A DNA stretch of 42,542 nt, from NCBI RefSeq assembly GCF_001194135.2, contig NC_068987.1, positions 52,062,673 to 52,105,214 of the forward strand, in the 5' to 3' direction. The DNA is from Octopus bimaculoides (lineage: Eukaryota). The notes beneath the pieces were generated by a model, which saw nothing but the letters and a program-made list of their open reading frames with translations, was not told where the DNA came from and made no database searches. The translations under genes and the position numbers were made by a program. Positions 10,152-23,264 of the stretch are shown here, in pieces; position 1 is the first letter of the stretch; each line of letters starts with the position of its first letter.

Positions 10152-12289
10152 GTATATACATAGATAGATACACATACATACATATATATGCATATATACA
10201 TATGTATATATGTATGTTTGTTTGAATTTATGTAAGCATATGCTAATTCTGCGAGTGTATTTCTTTTTATTTGGCAAATCGTCATCAAAAGAAGGTATAA
10301 TATACAGTTCAGTTTTTTAAACCAATAATTGAAAGAAATATACACCGATAAAATTCTTTCAATTTTGATGCTTCGTTCATACTTTTGTACGTTTTATAGA
10401 AGTATCAGTTCTTCACTCAGGCTTTTAGATTAGTTTTATTCTGTTTAAAAAAAATGGTCGTGGTGGATTCTCATCTTTACTATATGAACTTGATTTTGCT
10501 TTTATCAGAGGAGTCCTTATCAGAATTCAATCAATCATGAATATGTGTCCAAAGTATTCCTGATTAAGACATTCATATTTTGTTCTTTAGTCTTCCTTAT
10601 TTTCTTTTGGTCACAGGTTTTCCTCCAAATCATATCGGGAAGTGTATTTATCTTCTTTCCAAGCATCGTTAATATTTTATTGGTTGCATACTTTTAACGG
10701 TTCAAAAATTGTTTGACGGACTAATGTTTCACATTAGCCTTTGTAGGTGAAAATTTGAAAGATATCTTCAAAACCAACAGGATTTTCTTATCAAGATACT
10801 ATAGCAATATAGTTCTGTTTCGTGGAACGAAAGCTTCAATTGGTGTTACGTTTGAAGTATATCAAGATTCACTGAAGGAAAATATACGTTGGTCTCTAAG
10901 CCATTCTTCTAGATGAAATGGTTGATAGTAAGAGAGACATTTTGAACGAAACATATCGCCGGTAAAAAGACTCGAACTTTGTACCTTTAGATTTCTATAT
11001 AACATGCAGAGAACATTTCATGAAGTTTTTCTTTGTTTCTATATTATCATAAAAACGCATAAGCAATGGATTATGTTCCAACTCTCTGTTATTTGACCAT
11101 GGCAAGAATATGGGGCATCCGCTTGTTGTTTTATGCGCTAATCCGCTTTCCTCCTTTAGAATAATTATTAGAGATTAAATCCTAAATAGCCCACCTTTGC
11201 TTATTTAAAAAAAACTAAGTTTAATGAATTTCAAACGTGCTAGAAATTTTGATGAAGTTTGCATGAGATCACAGGCTAATACATCCGTTACAAGAACGTT
11301 ATGAAAATTGGAATATTTACTGAACGTATCAGGCAATCCATGACAAAATCAAACGCTTCATGGATTCATTTGATTCCTTGTTTCGGCTACTTGAATAAAA
11401 AAAAAAGTTTTTGCAAGATAATGAGTAGGGAGAATGCTGACTGACGCAGCGACATATCGTCGTGCCAAGCACTTAACATTTTACTACATATTTTCCGTTT
11501 TATCGCTTTATGACCGTATTTAGAAACGCTGTAAGTCACTTGAATTTTGCGTGGTAAATATAGTTTTGTCAGAGTGATTAATTGTGGACTTTTTAAAGCT
11601 TACAAATCAAATTCTATTGTTTTCGCAAAGACATCTTTCGTATCCAACGTTTTGTATAATATTTTAATTCTAATGGTGTGTAGTTACGCTTTGTGTGGCG
11701 TGACAAGTGTCCTGAATTATTTATATATTTTTTTCACACCATATTAAAAAGGAAGACATTGTAGCAAATATTTTACAATATAGCATGCCGGAATGCATGA
11801 GCGTGACAAGTGTGAGTGATTGAAAGCATTTTTTGTGCGCGTTGATATAGCAACAAGATGGATATTATAGCGATGTTCGAATTTAAACAAAAAACCTGGT
11901 ATGACTCATACAACGAAAACTGTTATTTATTTCGTGATTTTGACTGTTAAATTGCTGCAGTCACGATTCGTTACACGATTTCCTTCAGAGAAATGGCATT
12001 AAAACTACGTAATTTTCTTTCATTCTTTCTTTCTTTCTATACGGGACGAAAGCGCTTTTCAGCGTTATATATAAATACAGACTTGTTACCAGTTCAATTA
12101 CACTTGAAGCTTATTCGAACTCGTGGAAATCTAATCCACCATATTTTGTCACATTGAAAATGTCTTACTGTAGACAGAAAAGTGTAAACACAACGAGTAC
12201 TTCGCAAGCGACCGTAACGAAACTGGAGGATGCATGTAGTTCGGAATTGTTATCTCTTCTTCAGCAACAGAAATCGAAAATGCATATTA

Positions 12290-13210
12290 ATATTACACAA
12301 GGTATATCTGAGAAAGCTCTCTCGTATTACAATATAATACAGAACGGGTTTACGTTAGAACCCCATTCACGCAAGAACAACCATGGCAAGATACAGAAAA
12401 GTCCTATTTCCCAACTCCTTATATAGTCTAAATGTCTATATCAATATAGCTAGACGTTCTCTGTCTCTAATGCTTACTTATTTCTTACCACATTGAACTT
12501 TAGTAAGATTTACAATTATAGTATATTTAAGGATTGTTGTAGCTGTCTGTGAAACATAGGTAACACTTTTTAAATAGAAAATAGCTAAACTCACCATACG
12601 TATCAACCCAATTGCTAGTTCACAGACCGCTGTAACTGCCCTCTCAGAAACAATTTATATCAGAAGGAGAATTTGGATTCACATAGCGCATGTACATGTA
12701 CGAACACGCTTGGACATGCAGGACAGAGGGATAAAGAATACCCTCAGAATATGGAGTATAGCGGTGAAGGCTATGATATATAACAAACATGGCACTAAAC
12801 ATATTATTTGTACTATACAGAAAATAAAATACTTATCTTTCCAGCTAACATCCTGAATTTGAGCAGAATCTCTTTTTACCTACTCACAACAATGAAATTC
12901 TAGCCATTCCCGTTTAAGCACCACCACACCTATCCCGTAGAAAATTAGTACTGAGACCAAATAATTTCAGACGACCTGCATTGGTAGAATTCTCAAAACA
13001 TACTATCACTTCCCTTCAACTATTCATTTAAATACTTACTCTGTTATTGAGAAGGTGTTAGAGATTTTCACTCATCAAAATTTCACAAGTCGATCGCCCA
13101 ATCAGAAAAGTGATCAGGGCTGGAAACTTTTACATAACTATAATCTAACCAGACTCTCTATACAGTATACCCCAGGGGAGGAGAATAAAAGTGTCCGCGT
13201 TTTTAAAAAA
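12290..13210 (+). mobile_element. Ancient Ty3/gypsy pol fossil (RT-RNase H)
   Basis: Collinear degenerate motifs: IIQNGF (~DLKNGF), DTEKSYFPTP (~DREKTAFSTP), FSVSNA (~FGLSNA), IVYLRIVV (~VYLDDI), YSVIEK, GWKLLHNY...IQYTPGEENK (~RW..L..YDF.I.YKPGKEN). Many stops and frameshifts. Confidence 0.55.
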
Positions 13211-14300
13211 ATCCTCCTGCCATATATCGGATAGCAATTCTTGCCAATAAACTCCTGAGTAGTAGATCATTATAAACAGAGAGGCAATAATCAATGCAAT
13301 CCCAGGATGATCATTTCCATTTAACACATCTATGCGTGAATAAGTACACCAATGACATTAAAGTCTTGTGCTTTCCTTAGCATGTATTTATATTCTCGTC
13401 AACTACAATGTCAGTGTCATTTCTGATTTGAAATCCCAGTTGAATAACTGCTGACATTCCATCATGAAAACCTGGGATTCAGAAAGACAATAAGCATCTC
13501 TATATGTGCACGCGTCTTCATTTGTGGGCGTGTGTATATGTGTGTGTGTGTCTTGCTATATATGCAGATTTTTCAGTGAATCGTATGTAGATGAATGTGT
13601 GTATATCTACCGTTATTTTTCTATGTTGTATATGAAAAATGTACATCCTTGAAAGTGGACACAAGTGATCCTGATGTTATCCATTAGAATGAAGCTATGA
13701 ATAAGACAGGCAAATCAATATATCCCCCAAATCTTCATGAAATATCGGGAAGCTAAATTCGCTTGAATAGTCAAACAATGAATAAATCAAAAGTCCACAG
13801 AAAGCTCTTCCAAGGAAAACAAAAAAATAAGAAAGAAAAAATATTACATATAAATGAAAAGACAGCAAAAAAAAGCCAAATAAAAATACAGATGGAAAAA
13901 TATCCGAAAGCATCTGAAATTTCTCTTTTCCATTGGCACAGTTTATAGATTAGGCTGGGAATTAAACAGCAAAATGATGTTATTCGACAAATGCATGGTG
14001 TTTGGATTGAGAATATTGATTATTTTTCTCAATCGTATTAAGATGTTGAGAACCTAAAACATTAAGCAGAGATCGCATTGTGCCCTTGTTTCCATATATA
14101 GTTTCCATGAGACAAGGTATCACGAGTAAATAAATATCCATCGTTTTGCTACCTCCTGTAAATCACAACACAAAATTATGAATAATTGCACGTGAAGTAC
14201 TGTCTCTAGACACCTACTCTGCACATGTGGTTGAAGCGCGCGCGCGCTCACACATAACCATTCACTCAGTCATCCATTCATACATTCATATGTGCATATG

Positions 14301-14337
<37 letters not shown>

Positions 14338-14544
14338 NNNNNNNNNNNNNNNNNNNNNNNNNNNNNNNNNNNNNNNNNNNNNNNNNNNNNNNNNNNNNNN
14401 NNNNNNNNNNNNNNNNNNNNNNNNNNNNNNNNNNNNNNNNNNNNNNNNNNNNNNNNNNNNNNNNNNNNNNNNNNNNNNNNNNNNNNNNNNNNNNNNNNNN
14501 NNNNNNNNNNNNNNNNNNNNNNNNTATATATATATATATATATA

Positions 14545-14711
14545 TTCTTTTATTCTTTTATTTGTTTCAGTCATTTGACTGCAGCCATGCTGGAGCACTG
14601 TCCTTAGTCGAGAAAATCGACCCCAGGACTTAATTTTTGTAAACCTAGTACTTATTCTGTCGGTCTCTTTTGCCGAACCACTAATGTTACCGGGACATAA
14701 ACACACCAGCA
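14545..14711 (-). mobile_element. SINE family A, 3' part
   Basis: Minus strand reads ...GGTTCGGCAAAAGAGACCGACAGAATAAGTACTAGG...CCTGGGGTCGAT...GCTCCAGCATGGCTGCAGTCAAATGACTGAAACAAATAAAAGAATAAAAG. The family assignment rests on my recall of the full-length octopus SINE. Confidence 0.75.
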
Positions 14712-14909
14712 ACTAAATTCCCAAGCTATAGATCGATCTGATAAATACAGAATTTGGTAAGGTGTAACTGAGATTGGAAATCATGGTTGCAAAGCAAACT
14801 TAAAACTTCAGCCACACTCTACATAGTAAACAGATTTACATAAATTGACAAGTAAATATATGTAGATATATATACATATACACAAGAGGCCGCACGCGCA
14901 CGCACACAA

Positions 14910-14951
<42 letters not shown>

Positions 14952-14961
14952 NNNNNNNNNN

Positions 14962-14998
<37 letters not shown>

Positions 14999-16762
14999 AT
15001 ATTTATGCATAGAGACACGTATGTTTGCGAATGTGTGCAAGCAAATATAAAAAGTACTCTGCCATTATTTTCTCGATTATAGACTCATTAACATAATCTG
15101 ACATTTTGTTAAATGCGAAAATTATTGCAATTAATATCACTCTTTAAATGATAGCATAATTTACTAACTAAAGATATTGACAAAGAATCCGAAAAACAGA
15201 AATAAAACAAAACGAAACAAAATACAAAAACATCTATTGGGAGAACGTTTTAAAGAAAAGTCTAAATTTAAAATTTGTAATAAACATAAGAATATATTTA
15301 GTATAGTTATGTTCATCATTTAATATAATTTTAAATTCTGATCATCTTTAAATTCCATTGCGGCGATAGGAAATCTCGTTTTCATACAAATGTTGCTATT
15401 AATTTTTGTATGGCTATCTTCGGTTCATGCAAATGAAAGCATTTCTTCGTAGACATTATTTCTTTAGCAATGCTTTATTTGCTATCAATTCATTATTTGT
15501 TTGGATATGGTGATTCATTTGACTTCACAATGTCGCCCAACATAAAAAAAGAATATTTTATTATGTCAGTAAAATTTTTAGATAATTATTTACTCAGAGA
15601 CGCCAGTCACATGTAGTGCTATAGTTAAGTTAGCGTTAACGCATTCATTTATAATGTGTCTCCTTAATTAAAATGCATGTCACTAGGCGCATGCTCGGAT
15701 CAAATTTTAATACTATTTGATGCCAGTTCTACGTAAACTTCAGAAAATTCAATTATTACTTGTTTTTAATAGTCGTAGTCTTTCTTTGATATATTTTCCT
15801 TTTATTGTTTTTATTCGTTGGGTTACTAGGAAAAGGAGACAACCGCAACTTTTCATACCCTTCGAGATTGCTGTGATTTATGCTTTTTATTCTTTTTCAG
15901 TCGTCATCTGCAACAAAAAGTGTATCGGGAAGAAAGTTCTAGAAAGCTGACGTTTTTCAGACTCAACGCCTGGCAATATCGGTTTGGGCCGGGTCTGAAT
16001 TTGGGGAAAACGAAAGAAAGATAATATCAAAAGAAACACGTGAATAGGAAGGAGCTGTATTGAAAAGAATCGGTACCAACCAGAGCCATGTAGCAGATAC
16101 CATAATAGTTTATAGTAGCGATAGTAAAAGCACAGTGGAAATAGCATATTTGTAATCCAGAGGCCTATCATTGTTTCTGAATCCTTTTATGTCTATCTGG
16201 CTTTATCCAGATGCAGCCTAGAATACCTCTGAACGCTGCATCAGCGACTTAGATTATGGATCAATACTTGACTGTGTGATTGTCAGAGTTTTGTAGAATA
16301 CAAATGTTGATGTGGAGGTGAAATATGCTCCTGTTCCTAAATTAATTTTTATCTAGTGGGGCCTGTGGAAACATTAAGAAGAGCTATTTAAGAAAGGATG
16401 ATTTGCACTTTTATTGCATATGACTCTTAAAGTTAGCTGTATAAGAAATGATACAAAAATATACCATAAGGATCTTTACAATACTTAATACAAATATTAA
16501 TCGTTAGTTTTTAATTCTAATGAAACTGCAAAAGCAAAATATAATTTCATATTCCATATTACACAATATTTTTTCATAATTGATTTATATCAATCATACA
16601 CAATTGATGCACGCAAAACGATAGAGAGAATACACACAATGGTATTATTTAGATGATTAGTTTCAAATCTATTGTAAATTTAAAAAAAAAGTAACATCAG
16701 TTATTTCACTTCCAGTCATAATATATTACAAGAATTTATCATTTCCATTTGCTAAACATTTT

Positions 16763-16822
<60 letters not shown>

Positions 16823-17378
16823 NNNNNNNNNNNNNNNNNNNNNNNNNNNNNNNNNNNNNNNNNNNNNNNNNNNNNNNNNNNNNNNNNNNNNNNNNNNNNN
16901 NNNNNNNNNNNNNNNNNNNNNNNNNNNNNNNNNNNNNNNNNNNNNNNNNNNNNNNNNNNNNNNNNNNNNNNNNNNNNNNNNNNNNNNNNNNNNNNNNNNN
17001 NNNNNNNNNNNNNNNNNNNNNNNNNNNNNNNNNNNNNNNNNNNNNNNNNNNNNNNNNNNNNNNNNNNNNNNNNNNNNNNNNNNNNNNNNNNNNNNNNNNN
17101 NNNNNNNNNNNNNNNNNNNNNNNNNNNNNNNNNNNNNNNNNNNNNNNNNNNNNNNNNNNNNNNNNNNNNNNNNNNNNNNNNNNNNNNNNNNNNNNNNNNN
17201 NNNNNNNNNNNNNNNNNNNNNNNNNNNNNNNNNNNNNNNNNNNNNNNNNNNNNNNNNNNNNNNNNNNNNNGAGATTGTTGGTGATATTGAGAGTTAACGT
17301 TCAGGAAAAATGTGATAGCTCATATTTAAAAAGATAGTAATGTGGTTAGTTTCCCTCATTATCAATTGTCCTTTTATA

Positions 17379-17586
17379 TTCTTTTCTACCCTAGGCACAA
17401 GGCCTGAAGGGGAAGGGGCCAGTCGATTAGATCGACCCAGTAAGCAACTGGCACTTAATTTATCGATGCCGAAAAGAAGTAAAGCAAAGTCTACCTCGGT
17501 AGAATTTGAACTCAGAACGTAAAGACAGACGAAATACCGCTAAGCATTTCGCCCGGCGTGCTAACGATTCTGCCAGCCCGCTGCCT
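17379..17586 (-). mobile_element. tRNA-derived SINE, family B, near full length
   Basis: Minus strand has head AGGCAGCGGGCTGGCAGAATCG (A box), B box GAGTTCAAATTC and the central ...TCGATAAATTAAGTGCCAG segment. Homologous to 39796-40008. Confidence 0.88.
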
Positions 17587-18135
17587 AAATAGTCCTTTTA
17601 TAGTGAAGGAGAGAAGCCTGGTTTTACTCTATTCGATGTTAGTTTCGGGGTTTTAGTCTGAAAAACCAGTGCATGATTTAAGTGTGGTGTCTTTGCTAAA
17701 AGTTTGGAAACACTCAAAAATATAATCGACTGCGAGCGTATAAATAATGTTTATTGTGTGACGAGAACGAGTTATGCTGCCTCTAGTGTTCATGATTTTT
17801 AACTTTGTTAACAAATTTCTTTCGATGTAATTTCTTCCTTAGGTTACCTAGAAGTAGTATATATTGTTTATAAAATGAAACATGTTTAGGAAAATCTTTC
17901 TTTCAAGATGTTTTTTAACGATCTTTTTAAGGCGTTTCTGAAAATGTATTTTGAAATGTTCATTTTATATCCCAGGTGCTCTAGAAGAGTTTTCTTTTAA
18001 AGTCAAATACGCTTACCGCTATATCGAAGTTTTTTCCACATCCTTATATACATTGATTAGTTTTTCACCTCTTGTTAAAGAAACTTAATTAAGTTTGAAG
18101 GGAATTCCGCTACTTTAATGTGTAAGCATATTACT

Positions 18136-18428
18136 GCTTTCAAATTTTGGCACAGGTCCAGTAATTACGGTGGAGGTAGCAACTCGTATACAATGAGTAC
18201 CAGCTCACCGCCTGATGAAATATTGATTTCAAATTTTGGTACAAGGCTAGGAATTGCGGTGGAGGGATTAAGTCGAATACATTGACCCATGTACTTAACT
18301 GATACTTATTCTATCAACCCTGAAGTGATGAAAGGCAAAGTTAATCTCGGCAGAATTTGAAATCAGAACCTAATGATAGACGAAATAGCGCTAAACATTT
18401 TGTTAATGATTCTGCTAGCTTGTCGCCT
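18136..18428 (-). mobile_element. SINE family B (18225-18428) plus an extra tail-only fragment (18136-~18205)
   Basis: Aligns with the 17379 and 39796 copies; the TTTCAAATTTTGG(C/T)ACA tail occurs twice. Confidence 0.75.
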
Positions 18429-18902
18429 TCTTGTGGAATATCATCGACAATTTTTAATATCCGGGATACAAAGTGGTAGTCAAAATATATACCTGGAAAA
18501 TTTTGGAGAAGGCATACACAAGTTGAGTCATTGTGGATTTGGTTCTTTAGGTGTATTAGGAAAGCAAAAACGTGTCAAAAGCTGGTCACGGAATCTGGAG
18601 AAAATTGGAATGGAGCAGTGACAGGCGAAGAAAACTAAGTGGTCACAATTACCGAATCAGTGAAATTAGGAAAAAGATGTAAATTTGAAGACTTAATCTG
18701 GTTTAGATACTATTTGTGGCAGAGTAGAGCAAACTACTTAGCATAAAGGAATTCGGCTACAATTCTTGACTTCTATCTTCTTTTGGCCACTTAAGACATT
18801 AGACAATACAAATACGTTTAATGGTGGCGATATAGTTTATTCCTATCGTGGTCGATCCAACAGACCACTAACTGTCCTGCCACAACAATCGACTTCATGA
18901 TA

Positions 18903-20081
18903 CAGTGATACATCATAGTACGAGTTTAATTCCTTCCACGACCGAGCTCGTTTTAAGATTTACTCGTTTTACAAAACAATTTTACCCATTGAAATTAATT
19001 AAAATATAATTAATCCGTTCCCATCCCAACGGTCACTCCAAAATAATTTTTATGGGTTTTAAAACAGAAAAGGTGCAGTTACAATGAATATAACAATTGC
19101 AAATACAAAAAAATTCAAAAGAAATGTGTAAACCTGTTTTATTAATTTAATTATCTTAAAATGGGACTATTTGCGAGCGGGGAAGATGGAGTGAGGAGGA
19201 GGACGATTATTGTTTGGAAGGAGAACCTCCTTTCATTAAGATTTTAGGAAGAACAATTTCTGGCATTTTTTCTCCCACTTCGCTTAATTTAAGCATTTTG
19301 GACTCACTTTCTTCGCTTTTCACTCTTGCAGGTTGTTTTATTCCAAAATATATCATGACAAGTCTGCTTTTTCCTGCCTTTCAAAATGTTACGAAAATGC
19401 ACCAGAGCAGTGTCATTAAATAAAGCAACTACACAACCTGTAGATACTTTTTCAGGAAGAAATTTTCTACAAATTCAGAAACATACTGCCGCTTTTCCAA
19501 CACTGCATTTATATCACTATCCTCCTCCAGGGAACTAATCTCTTCCAACGTATCCGAATGCTGCTGCCCCTGAAACTGAAGGAATTCATCTGTCGTCAAC
19601 TCCTCTGAGTCTCCCTTGACAGGATCGTTAATGTCTCTGAAAACCCATGGACTTGCCAAGTGATACGATCTCTTCGACTACAGGTGTCGCAGACTCAAAC
19701 CCTTCGAAATCTCTTTCGGATACGCAGTCACCCCACAGTCTCCTCCATGCAGAATTCAGCGTTCTCCTCGTTACACCCTGCCAGGCCATATCGATAATTT
19801 TCAGGCGGTTAACAATGTTGTAGTGCTCACGAAGCTAAACATAACACTGGGAAACACAACAGGGATGTTACCACAACGAGATAAACACTTGAACTTGGCG
19901 AGCGGAGGCTGCGCTTGTTGAGAAAGCGTGTGCAAACGCAGCGCCTTCTAGCGGCTGCTTGTATGAAATTTGCTCGTACTGCGGATTTCCACTCGTACTT
20001 CAAGACAAAAATTTGTATGTGCCTCGACTCGTACAGCAAATTATTTGTACAATGCTGCACTCGTACTACGATGTTCTACTG
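18903..20081 (-). mobile_element. Complete, internally deleted Tigger/pogo-like DNA transposon (1179 bp)
   Basis: TIRs CAGTGATACATCATAGTACGAGT and CAGTAGAACATCGTAGTACGAGT (19/23), with TA on both sides (18901-2, 20082-3). Minus-strand peptides IIDMAWQGVTRRTLNSAWRRLWGDCVSERDFEGFE...VEEIVSLGKS, SEELTTDEF, LFNDTALVHFRNILKGRKKQT and MKGGSPSKQ* are typical of the Tigger transposase C-terminus. Confidence 0.88.
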
Positions 20082-20599
20082 TAATGTCTTCCTTGTTTGT
20101 GATCTGGTGGCTTAGGTGTTGGCCCCATCTATAAATTTACACATAATTAGCATACCAACTCTATATACTTCTAAAATGAAGTTGTTTGTTAGCATAACAC
20201 GAGCGAAACTTATAAATATTATACATATGAATATGTATGTGTGTGTGTATGTACGAGCATAATGGCAATTACTGTGCAACAACAGAGATTATTTTGGGAT
20301 CCATTTTACATCAAAGGAAATGATCGCACCGTATTACATGAAATATAAACATTTTTCTTTAATGTGAATTATATTACATAATAATTATTTGATGTACTTC
20401 ACTATCTTCCCTATTATGAATTCCTTTTCTAATAATAGACGTAACTCAACTTTATCAAACCAACCTTAGCATAATTTATATATTTAAGTATCTGCTGGAT
20501 GAGACCAGAAACAAATGAAAATAATCTTAGAACCGATAAATAAAAGGTCATATAAAAATGCGCCTAATATCTCTGTACATTATATTCTATTACGAATTC

Positions 20600-20681
20600 T
20601 TATGATGATGACAACGACGTCGACAACGAAGACGACAACGAGGATGATGATGACAATGATGATGGTGATGATGATAATGAC

Positions 20682-20774
<93 letters not shown>

Positions 20775-20787
20775 AAGAAGAAGAATA
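20600..20787. repeat. Compound microsatellite (GAT/GAC)-(AAT)n-(AAG)n
   Basis: Directly visible; runs into the gap upstream of the Dong-like copy. Confidence 0.95.
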
Positions 20788-20912
20788 NNNNNNNNNNNNN
20801 NNNNNNNNNNNNNNNNNNNNNNNNNNNNNNNNNNNNNNNNNNNNNNNNNNNNNNNNNNNNNNNNNNNNNNNNNNNNNNNNNNNNNNNNNNNNNNAAAAAA
20901 AAAAAAAAAAAA

Positions 20913-23263
20913 GCAGAGTGAAAAATGGCCAAGGGAAGATAATAAAGAAGTTCTTAAGGCCTATCGTGACATGTATTTCCACACAACTAAATCTAATACA
21001 GAACAAACCTACTTAAACTGCAGAGAGAAGCACATTGAAGTAAGATCCTGCATACATAGCAACAAACTTGCCAATGTCAGAGGCATTATGAAAAAAGGAT
21101 TTTCTAACTGAATTAGAGATTGACCTAATTAAACAATCTGTAAGGGATAAAAGGAACGAAATTACAACTAAAGAAGATACTACTGGGGAAATAAATACAG
21201 ACCAACCCAGCTCTGACAATGATGCAGTAATGATAGAAAGAGTCAATGTAACTGAGAAATATTATCTGAACCTAAATAAAATACTCTCGTAACCAATCAT
21301 AAACAACCAAGGTAGATGAAAATCAAATGGATGAAAAAATCACACAGAAATTGTCCGAACTGAACTAGATGATCTAAAAAATTAAATCATGATCGAATGG
21401 CTGAAAATTAAATAAATCAGTAAGAATGAACATGACACTCACTCACAAATTCGCAACTCGAAACAAAACCTGAAAGTAATTGGTAAAATCCACCTTGCAC
21501 TTAAGGATATAATTTCGGCTAATAATATAGATACTACAGGTCTCAGTCACATACACTATGCATCCACGAAAATCTCAACGATTCTATGGGGTAAAAAGTT
21601 TAGAAAACGACAACATTACCCTAAAAAGTTTATTTGGCAAGAGCGTAGTCAATACAAAATTCAGTTACATTAGGTCTGAAACAGAAAGATTAAAAAAACA
21701 TTACGTTTGACAAGAATATCAAACCAACAAAAGTCCGAAAACGAAAACCATATTTGACATCGTTATCACCATAGAAACTATCAAGCATAATACAGTATGA
21801 AAAGGGCATTAGATTCTTCAAAGACAACATGTTCAAAAATAACCCAAAAACCTTTACAGGAAGATATGGAAAATAACAGTTTCAGTAACGTCTATCTCAT
21901 GAAAAGAAGTACATGATCTTTGGAATAAAAATTTGGGCAGAAGAAAAAACAATAAAAAGGCCCCTTGGATTGATAGAATATCTATTACTTGAACTTCTTA
22001 GAAGAGTATAAGTGGGAGGGTATCATGGTAGAGGATATAAGATCTGCTCTCAGGAATTCAAGCAAATGGATGTTTCCAGCAAATGATAAATTCCTAACTT
22101 CTGGTTGAATGCATGCCCAGAGTGTCATGAACTGCTTACAAAATTTTCAACTGTGTTTTGCAACAACCTATTACGATTCCCTCTTGTCTAGTTAACGGGG
22201 TTACATTTATACTTCCAAAAAAGGAAGAAACAAATGAACCAAAAAACTATAGTCCCATAACCTGCTTAACAACAATGTATAAAATACTAACACCTATCTT
22301 GACTGAATACACCAATAGTTTTTTAATAGAAAGTGGCATATTCCCTTGTGAGCAAAAAAGTTGTTAACGTGGGTGGTCCTATGGTTGTAAATATCAGCTA
22401 CGTATCAATAAGATGATCTTGGAAGATTGTCACAAACAAAACAAGAACTTGTCGATAGCCTGGATAGAGCATAAAACACTTTTGATAATCTAACACATAG
22501 CTGGATTAAGACATGTCTGGAAATTTATAAAATATCACCTACACTGCGAACCGTCTTGTCTGTAAGTATGAGATCACGAAGAACCACTCTAACTTCAAAC
22601 ACTGACAATGAATCTCTCAATGTTGGAGATGTAAGAATTTCCTGTGACATTTTCCAAGGTGACTCTCTGACACCACTCCTCACATGTCTAGCCTTAATAC
22701 CTCACACGAAATTGCTCGATGACGTACAATATAGCTATGAAATGATATAAATATAAATAATCTCTTTTAAATGCATGATTTATAGTTTCTTGCAACACAT
22801 GAGCAACAACGACAGGTATTTCTAACAATTGTTCAATAATTTAGTGATGATATCAAGATGCAATTTGGCCTCGATAAATGTGCACAAGCTACCATTATCA
22901 AAAGAAAAATGATAGAAGCACCCAACGTTATTCCTTACCAACAGAATGCCACAAAGGAGTTAGAACCAGCGGAGAGCTATAAATATCTAGGAGTATTTCA
23001 AGGTGATGGAATCAGACATTCAATGATGCGAGAAAGGATCAGAGAGGAATGTTATTGCAGAGTAAGGGCAATACTCAAGACGGGGGTGAATACAAGAAAC
23101 AGAACTGAAGCGATCATTGCCTTAGGCATAACGGTTGTGACTTACAGTTTCAATATCATTAACTGGTCAATTCCTGAAATATGTAATCTCGACAGAAAGA
23201 AAACGAAAATAATTGACAATGCATAGAATGCACCTCCCTAAGGCAGATATAAAACGACTTTTT
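20913..23263 (+). mobile_element. Dong/R4-clade non-LTR retrotransposon, N-terminal region through RT; degenerate and 3'-truncated
   Basis: N-terminal KWPREDNKEVLKAY...SNKLANVR. RT motifs PKNYSPITCLTTMYKILT, IFQGDSLTPLL, LF*MHDL (~LFYMDDL), MQFGLDKCA and YKYLG. Ends at HLPKADIKRL. No CCHC or RLE domain. Confidence 0.9.
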
Positions 23264-23264
23264 A

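Noticed and set aside
12174-12301. Possible 128-bp host exon (TAG|ACAG...CAAG|GT) in ORF 12154-12426
   Set aside because: Weak polypyrimidine tract, no recognisable protein, and the ORF's 3' half merges into the gypsy RT fossil.
15900-16320. Good acceptor (TTCTTTTTCAG) followed by protein-like text, including a VYSSDSKS RNase H-like word
   Set aside because: Stops occur in all three frames before a donor; one short motif is not enough for a call.
18212-18235. CTGATGA between SINE tails
   Set aside because: No GAAA core or stems; chance match.
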